DNA from: a virus
Lineage: Duplodnaviria > Caudoviricetes
Length of the DNA stretch: 42,539 nucleotides
Strand: one strand, 5' to 3'
Virus record (IMG/VR): IMGVR_UViG_3300021560_000026
Span: 1 to 42,539 of that record
Positions 24,410 through 32,888 of this stretch are shown one piece after another. A program made the translations under genes and the position numbers. The notes beneath the pieces were generated by a model that saw nothing but the letters and a program-made list of their open reading frames with translations, did no database searches and was not told where the DNA came from. Position 1 is the stretch's first letter; the number at the start of each line of letters is the position of its first letter.

Positions 24410-25996
24410 CTACCGCCTACTCATCTGCCTAGCACGATCTAGCGCCTCATCGGTAATCATCAACGGAGCAGGACCCTGCACACATTCAACTGCACATGCT
24501 GCAACAACATTCGCCAGATCATCATGTGCTCCCGGCGCCCGACTAATCGAATCCTGACTACCGGTTACCCTCGGCTTAGTGATAATTTCCCTGCCACCCG
24601 GACTAGTGCGCCGCTCCAACGCGCAAATCTGACCAATAACTCTTGGCTGATCTAGCAATTCAACTCTAACCGCATTTAGCAACGGCAGAAAATCTAAGTA
24701 ATACTCTGACTTAGTGCTCTCCGCTACTTCATAATTAATACCCTGTAAGCGAAATCTCTCTCGCGGCCACTCACCAGCGTAACGATCACCTTTTACTGTT
24801 CTAACTCCGTACTGCTTTAGTAGCGCGCAATACTCCATTACAACATTTTCCGGGGAAAATGGTGGGCGGTTCTCCCGCACCGCATCGATGACCGCCCTAT
24901 CGCCCACTTCACGGTGACCAATGCACAACGTAAATGAATCAACAGATCCGCCCGAAGGATCGACAAACGCCACATACTCTATTTGCCTATCTGGCCACAA
25001 TTCAATACGTTCTGGAGTTACGCAACGCTCTACTATTTCTCTCGAAATATAGTCTTGAATATCTTCTCTAAACTGCGAGAAGTATTCAGCTAGCGCATAT
25101 TCTCTATCTTCGGCTAATGCCTTATCAATCTCACCAGGAACTAGAATATCAATATTTGGATTAAACGTTCTTGTGTCTGCTTGTATCACTAAAACATCAG
25201 GATCGTCTTTACCAAAATGCTCTTGATACTTTTGATATAGTAAACCTTTCTTTCTATATGCAGTGCTTATTCCTATCAACATTGCATTGGGTACCGTCAT
25301 ACCAGGCCTTAGTGCGCGGTACGTCTCTATATCGGGCGTTGCGGAATTTTCGTCTTTCCAAAAAGCTACTTCGTCAAATATCACGCAAGCATATGCTCTG
25401 CCTCTTGGTGCTCTATAGTTATTAGTTGATACTCTTATTTCGACTGAATTAATTAAGGTTATTGGTTTTCCTTGGTGCGTGGACGGTAAGTCGCCTTCTA
25501 TCCAAGGTTTAAGAGCTGGTATTGTGTCGAAGTAGCCGCGTATGTAAGAGAAGACAATACCAGCCTGGTCTCTATCTGATGCTAGACAAGCAACTACTGC
25601 TTTTTCGCCGGGTCTGAGAGCGACGTTGTCTGCGTGCCTTGCCGCCTCAACCGCAATGATCGAAGCGATAGAATCTTTGCCTCCCCGTCTTCCAACAATA
25701 CACCAGAGTTCTCGAACCCTTTTGCCCGGGGGATCGCGCTGCGCAACTCTACGAAAGAGTACAAGTTCGTCTTCGGTGAGTTCTTTGCCATAGGCTGCCT
25801 TTAATACTATTCGCCAGGAGCGCCAGGAATCTTCGTTACACTGATTAAGAACGTTTGTAATAAAGTCTAAAGGCTCGTAATCATATAAGTCAACACTAAC
25901 TAACTTATTATGAGTTCGTTCACGTTTTACTTTTGCACAAGCTCGTGCATATAGTTCTAACTTTTGTTGTCTGGATAATTGACTTAAGTCTAACAT
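24410..25996 (-). CDS. terL: Terminase large subunit
   Basis: Walker A VGRRGGKD, Walker B VIFDE, motif III IST, nuclease FVDPSGG..D and HDDLAN. Confidence 0.93.
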   Translation of the reverse strand: MLDLSQLSRQQKLELYARACAKVKRERTHNKLVSVDLYDYEPLDFITNVLNQCNEDSWRSWRIVLKAAYGKELTEDELVLFRRVAQRDPPGKRVRELWCIVGRRGGKDSIASIIAVEAARHADNVALRPGEKAVVACLASDRDQAGIVFSYIRGYFDTIPALKPWIEGDLPSTHQGKPITLINSVEIRVSTNNYRAPRGRAYACVIFDEVAFWKDENSATPDIETYRALRPGMTVPNAMLIGISTAYRKKGLLYQKYQEHFGKDDPDVLVIQADTRTFNPNIDILVPGEIDKALAEDREYALAEYFSQFREDIQDYISREIVERCVTPERIELWPDRQIEYVAFVDPSGGSVDSFTLCIGHREVGDRAVIDAVRENRPPFSPENVVMEYCALLKQYGVRTVKGDRYAGEWPRERFRLQGINYEVAESTKSEYYLDFLPLLNAVRVELLDQPRVIGQICALERRTSPGGREIITKPRVTGSQDSISRAPGAHDDLANVVAACAVECVQGPAPLMITDEALDRARQMSRR

Positions 25997-25997
25997 T

Positions 25998-26317
25998 AGT
26001 CAATAAGCGGCTTTGCACCGCCCTCGCCGGCTTTGCCCACACCGCTCAGTGGTCTAGCTATTAAGGAGACTGGGTACTCCGCCCTCGCGGGCAAGGTAGC
26101 CTCGGAATACTTGGACGCCTCTGCACGAAGCAGGATCACGCGCCTTCTATATTCCTAATGACCGGACTATTGCTCACGTGTCTTGACCATAAAGGGATTC
26201 GGGCCCGTGAGCTCAACTCTAGGCAATCGACAAGCTAGTGCTGGTGGGCCATCGCACCAAATACCACCATACAGTGGGTTGAACATATATTGTTTTCATG
26301 GGGAACCTCAACGCCTG
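25998..26317 (-). ncRNA. Candidate large structured RNA between terS and terL
   Basis: At least eight helices, a nested multibranch domain, a GCGA tetraloop, and G-U pairs favouring the minus strand. Confidence 0.5.
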
Positions 26318-26318
26318 C

Positions 26319-27182
26319 TTACTTTTTATCCTCAATCAGCATTAACTGGCGCGATTCGCTAATATCAGTAGCGTCGATAATGCCTTTTTCAGAGGCTTCA
26401 AACAACACTGCATCAAGTTGTTCGTCAGTCATCTCGTCGGGATTAAATACGTCAAGCGGCTTGCGCGTTCGACGAAAACCAAGTAAATCTTGAAAGTTCT
26501 CCATTGCTTTTGTGCGATCACGTAGCTTTATTTCAATACCACCATCTCTTGTATACTTAATCCCATCAAACAAAAGAGCGGCACCACGACTTAGATTATC
26601 AATAGCTAGGGGCGAAACAACAAGAATACCTTTGCCGTTACACTCAGTGCACTCTGGATGAGGATCCCTTGTCGAGTTGTATCCAGTACCGCCTAACATA
26701 TCAAGTTCTCTGCGCGATGCAGGCGGCAACTTTAATTGTGCTACTAAATGCTTGCGTAAAGCTATTCGCCACTCATTCTCAGTATACTGGTACTGATGCT
26801 CAACGCCCCAACAATATCGACAAGAGCCTCGTAAAACTGGATTTAGCTCGCGGGCATCAGCTGTGGCTAGATCCCACCAGTACTGCGCCACATCATCCGC
26901 ATTAATCTGTAGTCTGACCGAAGTCTCTTGTCGGGCTTGATTAATTGCTAACAAGACGCGCGTGCGCTTAAGCCATTCGTTCGAGACATGACCAGCCAAA
27001 TCTTTTGAAATACCAGCCGCTCGTGCAGCCCTCGACGCATTAAAGTCGATACAATACTGCTCGACAAAAATACGCTCCTGCACCGATAACCCATCTTCAA
27101 TCAATTTAGAAGGCGGACGACCATTACGCCGCGGCAACGCAAAAGGATTAAGGCGCTTCTTACGAAGCGGTACGCGATACAT
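26319..27182 (-). CDS. terS: Terminase small subunit with zinc-finger insertion
   Basis: QERIFVEQYCIDFNASRAARAAG HTH; CRYCWG...CTECNGKG; GGIEIKL.D..KA. Confidence 0.9.
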   Translation of the reverse strand: MYRVPLRKKRLNPFALPRRNGRPPSKLIEDGLSVQERIFVEQYCIDFNASRAARAAGISKDLAGHVSNEWLKRTRVLLAINQARQETSVRLQINADDVAQYWWDLATADARELNPVLRGSCRYCWGVEHQYQYTENEWRIALRKHLVAQLKLPPASRRELDMLGGTGYNSTRDPHPECTECNGKGILVVSPLAIDNLSRGAALLFDGIKYTRDGGIEIKLRDRTKAMENFQDLLGFRRTRKPLDVFNPDEMTDEQLDAVLFEASEKGIIDATDISESRQLMLIEDKK

Positions 27183-28645
27183 TATCCTAGAGAATTCGGC
27201 ATTGGATAAGAATACTCAACCTGATCTTCTAATCCATTCATCATAAAAGCCTTACGTCGCATAACGCAGGGCCCACATTCGCCGCAACGTAACTCATCAC
27301 CATAATAACAAGACCAACTTAAATGCAATGGTGCATCTATTTCAAGGGCAGTCTTAACTATATGATGCTTCATAGAATAGATTAACGGCATCCACAATGT
27401 TGGACGCGATTTAGTGCCAAATTCCAATGCCTTATTCATACGAGCAAAGAATTCTTGCGAATTATCGCAGTATACCGAACCCTCTTCTAAGTTTAATCCT
27501 AGCGCAATTGTCGAAATATTATGGCGATCACAGTATGCCGCCGCCAAACTTATCATAGCAAGATTGCGTGCTGGTACCCATTCGTGTGCGGTTTCAACGC
27601 CTTCTATGCCTTTTGCAATTGGTTTATCCCATTCGGTTAACGTGCTTCCACCCAAATTCTTTAAAAACGATAGATCCACATACTCTACGGTCACCTCAGC
27701 CGAAGTATGCTCATTCAACCATGTTGAGATTAACCGTACGGATTCCATTTCTTGGGTCTGTGCTCTCGCACCGTAGCAAAAATGTAGCAAATGAACGCGG
27801 GCATATTGCTGGCAAGCTAAAGTTGCCACAGTGCACGAATCGAGCCCACCAGAGCAAACAACGACGCAAGAACGATCAGTAGGTTTAACTGCCCAAAACT
27901 CACAATTCCGCAGTATTACCGATAGATAGTAAGACGCCGAGTAACCATCATCCCGCCACAGCGCAGTGGGTCGACCTTTAAAGAAGGAATATCCAGGTAG
28001 TTCTTGTGTGGCAAGATTAACTAACGCTTCTGATGTGCTATATTTTTCTGGTTGCAATGCCTCTAGCTCAGAAGCCCACACCAAAATTGTGTCTTTATGG
28101 TCTTGCCATACTCCAATCGATAAACCACGAAAAGATCGCGCAAGCAACAAATCATTGCTATCATGCGAGTAAAGTGCAAAGGATGATCCGGATTCCAATT
28201 CGCGTAATCGCGAAATTGTATCCTGCTTTCCAGAAAAATGATCTAACAATAAGTAAGAATCGATAAACGGTCTTGGGTAACCGTACAACTCAGCCAGGGC
28301 CGCATCGTTGGCTATCATACCATTATGAGTAACCCCTGACCATTCTTTGACGTAAGGCTGAATAGAGGCATCGCTCTCGTCCCAGACTTCTGTCGTAGGA
28401 ACACCACGAAACCCCGCCAGCACGTAGCCCAGCCTATAGTTGGCTAGCACCGAAGCTGCTATCGCACAATCCAAATGCTTTGACTTGACATAAAAAGGCG
28501 GCGATAACTCGGTAAAACCGCCGATTCCAAAAGAATCCGCCCCACGAACACTTGTATCCGTAAGAACCCTCGCAAAGTAATCTCTAAATTCTCTTGATAG
28601 TTTGCCTGAACCTGAAACGCGGACAAACCCTGCTATACCACACAT
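27182..28645 (-). CDS. queC: Gat-QueC: glutamine amidotransferase fused to 7-cyano-7-deazaguanine synthase
   Basis: N-terminal MCGIAG, QP, HNG.I.N (Ntn amidotransferase); SGGLDS, VPARN, SWSCY..CGECGPC..R (QueC). Confidence 0.92.
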   Translation of the reverse strand: MCGIAGFVRVSGSGKLSREFRDYFARVLTDTSVRGADSFGIGGFTELSPPFYVKSKHLDCAIAASVLANYRLGYVLAGFRGVPTTEVWDESDASIQPYVKEWSGVTHNGMIANDAALAELYGYPRPFIDSYLLLDHFSGKQDTISRLRELESGSSFALYSHDSNDLLLARSFRGLSIGVWQDHKDTILVWASELEALQPEKYSTSEALVNLATQELPGYSFFKGRPTALWRDDGYSASYYLSVILRNCEFWAVKPTDRSCVVVCSGGLDSCTVATLACQQYARVHLLHFCYGARAQTQEMESVRLISTWLNEHTSAEVTVEYVDLSFLKNLGGSTLTEWDKPIAKGIEGVETAHEWVPARNLAMISLAAAYCDRHNISTIALGLNLEEGSVYCDNSQEFFARMNKALEFGTKSRPTLWMPLIYSMKHHIVKTALEIDAPLHLSWSCYYGDELRCGECGPCVMRRKAFMMNGLEDQVEYSYPMPNSLG

Positions 28646-28724
28646 ACCGTATACCTCATCAAAGACGCAGCATTACGTCTTTATATACGACATGCAGTAT
28701 CTAAGTTTTTGGGAGTTTGGTATA

Positions 28725-28732
28725 GCTACCGC
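28725..28732 (-). promoter_or_regulatory. ops-like element GCGGTAGC in the operon leader
   Basis: Exact ops core between the promoter and gat-queC; an RfaH-like gene lies 2 kb away. Confidence 0.45.
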
Positions 28733-28781
28733 ACTCTTACGCGCCCTTAACGGCAAGAGGCGAAACAATCCTTACGCGCAA

Positions 28782-28813
28782 GTAATAATAGCGAATTTGC
28801 GCGATTGCAAGCG
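28782..28813 (-). promoter_or_regulatory. Promoter candidate for the gat-queC/terminase operon
   Basis: CGCTTGCAA...GCTATTATTAC; same -35 block as at 29654 and 30228. Confidence 0.55.
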
Positions 28814-28848
28814 AAATTTGCGCCGTATATTGCAAATTTATTAAATTC

Positions 28849-28888
28849 AAAAAAAGAGACCGGAGATATTTCACCCCGGCCTCTTTTT
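28849..28888 (-). terminator. Intrinsic terminator, likely bidirectional
   Basis: A7-GAGACCGG...CCGGCCTC-T5 just downstream of the stop at 28901. Confidence 0.75.
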
Positions 28889-28900
28889 ACCAAAGTCTTT

Positions 28901-29587
28901 TTACGTGGGCAGTTCTACGCCCGTCAGCTTACCGGCAGCCTGAGCCACTTTCAGCGTAGCGATGGTATCGTAGCGGATCGTAGTAATCGTGCTATCTCCC
29001 GCCTCAATACCAAGCTTGCTGAGCTGCTCCTTTAGCACAGCAAGCCCTGCCTTGGGATCCGCCAGTACCAACTCGCGAATGAAAACCGACGGCGCCTTTG
29101 GCCGCGGCTCCTTTGGCTTTGGCGGAGCCTTCTCTTTTGCAGGGCCTGCAGGCCGTCCTGCCTTGAGCTTGCTGCGGGTAGGCGGCTTTGCATCCGCATT
29201 GTAATTGGAGACAAAACCTTCCGGCGGCGTCCACTCCTTGCTTTCGTTCATCGCATCCGCAGTTGCGTTGAACCAACTCTGGGCATCGACGGGCAGCTCG
29301 TCGAATGCCTCTTGCGAGATTTCGGCAACGCCTGATACCAACCGCGTTAGAAAATCCTTATCAGACTCGTGCGGCGGCTGAGCCACGAACTTATCGTCGC
29401 TGGCTGCAACGGCATCGAACAGCGCCGTGTATACGCTCGCCTCCTCCTGCTCGTTCCCTTCCGTATTCTCTTCGGCGTCGTTCTCGTCTTCGCTTTCGTT
29501 CTCCTCGACCTCGACTGGATCTTCCCCTTCCTCGACCTCCGGGGCCTGAGCTTCCACCGGCTCAACCGCGGCCTTTGCCTTTGCCAT
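28901..29587 (-). CDS. Early protein with very acidic N-terminus and basic Pro/Lys-rich linker
   Basis: SD AAGGAG before MAKAKAA; has its own promoter and terminator; GC-rich codons. Confidence 0.75.
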   Translation of the reverse strand: MAKAKAAVEPVEAQAPEVEEGEDPVEVEENESEDENDAEENTEGNEQEEASVYTALFDAVAASDDKFVAQPPHESDKDFLTRLVSGVAEISQEAFDELPVDAQSWFNATADAMNESKEWTPPEGFVSNYNADAKPPTRSKLKAGRPAGPAKEKAPPKPKEPRPKAPSVFIRELVLADPKAGLAVLKEQLSKLGIEAGDSTITTIRYDTIATLKVAQAAGKLTGVELPT

Positions 29588-29631
29588 TTTTACCTTCTCC
29601 TTCGCTAGCACCCTAAATCAGTGCACTCATA

Positions 29632-29662
29632 TTTATACGCAGTTTTTCGGCCTTTGCAAGCG
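29632..29662 (-). promoter_or_regulatory. Sigma70-type early promoter
   Basis: CGCTTGCAA-N16-TATAAA. Confidence 0.6.
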
Positions 29663-29673
29663 TTATTTTGATC

Positions 29674-30180
29674 TCAGGGCAAAAATTTTTCGCTTGCTGA
29701 AGGCACAACTCGATGCAGTAAGCCAGCCTCCAGGTACCCGGGAAAGCGTCGGTCAACCGCACAACGCAGCAAAGACAAGCTGTTTAGCATTGTCTGAGGG
29801 GTAACCGGTGCATTACGAGCCTTGAGTTCCGCGGCCAAGCAACGGAGAACAATTGCTAGAAGCCCAACAACCTGCGGCTGACGCAAAAACTTGCGCGTAG
29901 CACTGATCAGCTCATAAATCTCCGCAACCTTCTCGCCATACTTCCGAGCACCGTAGCTACTCAAAAATTTGGCAACTGGTATGCGAATTTCGCACGCCTG
30001 CATCAGTGCATCATAGACAAGCATCTGCTCGTGAGAAAGGTCACGCGAGGTTCGACTATCGTCATACGCCACCTGCGTGAGAAAGCTTTCACGCTGTTGG
30101 GGCGATAGAAGGGCAAACTGACTTCGTAGATCGGTTAAGGTTGCGTCCATCTCAATCATCCCATAACAGGGCGACTCCAC
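29674..30180 (-). CDS. Hypothetical protein
   Basis: ORF downstream of a promoter; ends in FPGY..AGLL; start uncertain. Confidence 0.65.
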   Translation of the reverse strand: MESPCYGMIEMDATLTDLRSQFALLSPQQRESFLTQVAYDDSRTSRDLSHEQMLVYDALMQACEIRIPVAKFLSSYGARKYGEKVAEIYELISATRKFLRQPQVVGLLAIVLRCLAAELKARNAPVTPQTMLNSLSLLRCAVDRRFPGYLEAGLLHRVVPSASEKFLP

Positions 30181-30205
30181 TGTAGGCGGTTTCTCATTAA
30201 CCGGT

Positions 30206-30236
30206 AATATAACGATGCTTTGCTACTTTGCAAGCG
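30206..30236 (-). promoter_or_regulatory. Sigma70-type early promoter
   Basis: CGCTTGCAA-N16-TATATT. Confidence 0.6.
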
Positions 30237-30295
30237 AAATATTAGAATTAAGCATAGTTACTTGCTTTTTTAGTCTACTTATTTATTGTACAAGA

Positions 30296-30460
30296 TTAGA
30301 AGCTTAGAGTTGGAATTGCCTTATCTAGTGCTCTCGACCAATCTTCGTCCGATAGATTTAGAATAATAACTCTCAGCCATGTCCAGTTTAACATTTCTAC
30401 AGGATTTATTAGTCTGTTTTTATGTTGATCAATAAGTTCGATTGCTTGTTCACGGGTCAT
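30296..30460 (-). CDS. Small hypothetical protein
   Basis: SD AAAGGAG before MTREQAIELID. Confidence 0.6.
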   Translation of the reverse strand: MTREQAIELIDQHKNRLINPVEMLNWTWLRVIILNLSDEDWSRALDKAIPTLSF

Positions 30461-30514
30461 ATACACTACTCCTTTCTGATCATAATTATATACCAAATTT
30501 AAACGTAAAACTCT

Positions 30515-30546
30515 TTATTATACAAATAAATTTATTTGTATAATAA
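30515..30546. repeat. Perfect 32-bp palindrome
   Basis: TTATTATACAAATAAA|TTTATTTGTATAATAA at the strand-switch point. Confidence 0.9.
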
Positions 30547-30610
30547 CTTTAAATCTACTACTAACTTTCCCCTCGCGCGCCCATGTGCGGGCGCTATTAT
30601 TATACTAACC

Positions 30611-30645
30611 CAGGATTTATCCCCCTAAAGGGATAATAAATCCTG
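30611..30645. repeat. Inverted repeat / hairpin in the divergent intergenic region
   Basis: CAGGATTTAT...ATAAATCCTG enclosing CCC/GGG. Confidence 0.7.
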
Positions 30646-30772
30646 AAGGATTACCGTAAAATCTAAAAAATATCTAAAATAATAGCTAACTAAAAAATAT
30701 TCGTTTTACTACTCAGATCTACTCTCAACCAAGGGTATATATCAAAGTATCAGGGGAGATTTACTAAGTGTC

Positions 30773-31279
30773 ATGCCAAAGGACAACTATTGGGGCTGTG
30801 CACAAACTAATCCATCTCAAGAAGGACTTGCGCTTCGTAACTTACGAAGACAATCCTTCAACGCTTTATTCCCCTTCTTTTTAGGTAGAACAAAATGGAG
30901 ACACTATACAACACGCCCTTTATTTCCAGGTTATGTCTTGATAGAACTAAACCCCGAAAGAAACTGGAGCCCTATAAATGGTACACCCGGTATTCATCAT
31001 CTACTAACTAATACAACAAAAACTGACGAACTAATCCCAGCTCGTATACCAAACTCTTTTATCAACTCATTAAGTCGAATTTTAGTAAGCAATCCCGATA
31101 ACGTAGTAATTCCTCTTGGAACAAAAGTACGAATTTTAGCTGGAGGAGCCTGGAACAACAAAGAAAGTTATATTTCGGAATCATCTCATGATCGTATAAA
31201 GGTTCTATTCTTGCTTCTAGGTAAGGAAGTTGAAGTAGAATTTATGTCCGAACAAGTTGAAGTATTAGAAGAGGCTTAG
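30773..31279 (+). CDS. NusG-paralog antiterminator (RfaH-like)
   Basis: W....T.P.QE.LA..NL.RQ, PLFPGYV, W..I..TPG; KOW-like G.KVRI..G...RI.VL..LLG. Confidence 0.88.
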   Translation: MPKDNYWGCAQTNPSQEGLALRNLRRQSFNALFPFFLGRTKWRHYTTRPLFPGYVLIELNPERNWSPINGTPGIHHLLTNTTKTDELIPARIPNSFINSLSRILVSNPDNVVIPLGTKVRILAGGAWNNKESYISESSHDRIKVLFLLLGKEVEVEFMSEQVEVLEEA

Positions 31280-31280
31280 T

Positions 31281-31934
31281 ATGTTAGTTCCAGTTAAAAT
31301 TTGTTCTAATTGCGGAGTAGCTTTTGGTATGCACACAGTCGAGTGCCTGAACAATAAACGCCACCAAGAAACGCGAGCGCTCGAAGCCATACGTACTCTA
31401 ATCGAATACATTGGCGACGATCCTAACCGTTCTGGTTTAAGAGATACCCCTAAACGAGTGCTGCAGGCTTGGAAACAGGACTGGGGTACTGGATACCAGG
31501 AATTAGATGTGGATGATTTAGTTACCACCTTTGATAATGATGACAATTATGACGAAATGGTATTCCTACCCAATATCTCATTTTATTCTTTTTGCGAACA
31601 CCATATTTCACCATTTTTTGGTAGTGCTTACATAGCATATATTCCAAACCACAAAATCATCGGCATTTCTAAACTAGCGCGTATCGTCAGGCATTTCTCT
31701 TCAAGATTACAAATACAAGAAGGACTTACCATACAAATAACAGACTTTCTTGTTAAACACCTATCTCCAGATTGCGCACTCACCCTTGAGGCCACTCATT
31801 TATGCATGGCATCACGCGGCGTTCGTGAGCCGCACGCAACCACTATCACTACTTCTTTACGTGGCGTATTTAAAACGGACGACGCCGCCCATTCGGAATT
31901 CGAAAGCAAAGTTTTAGCTGCAAAAAAGAAATAA
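31281..31934 (+). CDS. folE: GTP cyclohydrolase I
   Basis: GL.DTP.RV, S.CEHH..PF.G, GISKLAR, RLQIQE and H.CM..RGV motifs. Confidence 0.96.
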   Translation: MLVPVKICSNCGVAFGMHTVECLNNKRHQETRALEAIRTLIEYIGDDPNRSGLRDTPKRVLQAWKQDWGTGYQELDVDDLVTTFDNDDNYDEMVFLPNISFYSFCEHHISPFFGSAYIAYIPNHKIIGISKLARIVRHFSSRLQIQEGLTIQITDFLVKHLSPDCALTLEATHLCMASRGVREPHATTITTSLRGVFKTDDAAHSEFESKVLAAKKK

Positions 31935-31938
31935 AACG

Positions 31939-32433
31939 ATGTTCCTTCCGCATCAAGACATCAAACGTCTAGCTATGGAAGAGAAACTATTATTAGATCC
32001 ATTTTCTGAGCCTGCCAGACACGGCGGCGTGAGTCACGGATGTGGCCCAGCTAGTTATGATTTAAGAGTTGATCGAGACTTAACCTTTTGGCCGGGACAC
32101 TCACGCCGCGCTGATGCCATCGAACGCATTAAAATGCCAAAGTATTTGCTTGGTTTAATATTTTCTAAGTCTACTTGGGCTCGCGTTCATATCGAACACG
32201 CAGGGACTGTGGTAGATCCAGGCTTTGAAGGCGTACTTCGTCTGGAAATCAATATGCATTACGGCGACAACGTAATAGACATTCCTGCGGGTACAGGAAT
32301 AGCGCAGATTTTATTTGCTCCGCTTTGTAACTTACAGATGCTAATTCAACTAGGTTTAATCCAAGATACAGTATATCCATATGGCGGCTTCTATTTAAGG
32401 CAGGGCCCTAATCAAGATGCGATATTCCGATGA
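31939..32433 (+). CDS. dcd: dCTP deaminase
   Basis: PASYDLR, KSTWAR, VDPGFEG...LEI and IAQ motifs. Confidence 0.85.
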   Translation: MFLPHQDIKRLAMEEKLLLDPFSEPARHGGVSHGCGPASYDLRVDRDLTFWPGHSRRADAIERIKMPKYLLGLIFSKSTWARVHIEHAGTVVDPGFEGVLRLEINMHYGDNVIDIPAGTGIAQILFAPLCNLQMLIQLGLIQDTVYPYGGFYLRQGPNQDAIFR

Positions 32434-32657
32434 TTACCGATAAACATCGCAATTTTGCAAGAGAAGTTATAGCGCTTGCGCGTAAGCATCAAATGACAAG
32501 CTTAACCGTACGGTTTCGCAACAGTATAAGCGATACCAAAGATCAACCTACATCTGAATACTACGAAGAAGTAACTTTAGCTTGGGCTGAGGGACGTCAC
32601 GGAGAACAATCAAATATAAATCTTGAAACAAGAGCTATGCAACAGATCCCCGAATAA
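32430..32657 (+). CDS. Hypothetical protein
   Basis: ATGA-coupled ORF. Confidence 0.6.
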   Translation: MITDKHRNFAREVIALARKHQMTSLTVRFRNSISDTKDQPTSEYYEEVTLAWAEGRHGEQSNINLETRAMQQIPE

Positions 32658-32668
32658 TCACTAATCCA

Positions 32669-32884
32669 ATGCCTAAGAATAACTTACACGTATCACCAAA
32701 GAAGAAAAAATGGCAAATTCGTCGTTCGCGGGCTATTAGAGCAAGTCGCGTTTTTACAACAAAAGACGAAGCTATCGAGTATGCGTATGACGTAGCTCGG
32801 TTTGAAAAACTAGTTGTATTTATCTACAATAATATAGGACGTATAGAAGAACGAGTAGACTTTTCAATTAGGTTTAAACGGTAA
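32669..32884 (+). CDS. DUF2188-like protein
   Basis: HV.P....W......RAS..F.TK.EAI..A...A.......I....G.I pattern. Confidence 0.75.
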   Translation: MPKNNLHVSPKKKKWQIRRSRAIRASRVFTTKDEAIEYAYDVARFEKLVVFIYNNIGRIEERVDFSIRFKR

Positions 32885-32888
32885 ATAA

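Noticed and set aside
25998-26317. Group I or group II intron in the terminase locus
   Set aside because: Both flanking genes look complete. No convincing group II domain V or ordered group I P/Q/R/S elements were found. Kept only as an unclassified structured RNA.
28701-28737. preQ1-I riboswitch upstream of gat-queC
   Set aside because: TAGCTATACC and AAAAACTTAG resemble it superficially, but the 5-bp P1 with the conserved loop start is missing. The ops-like reading fits better.
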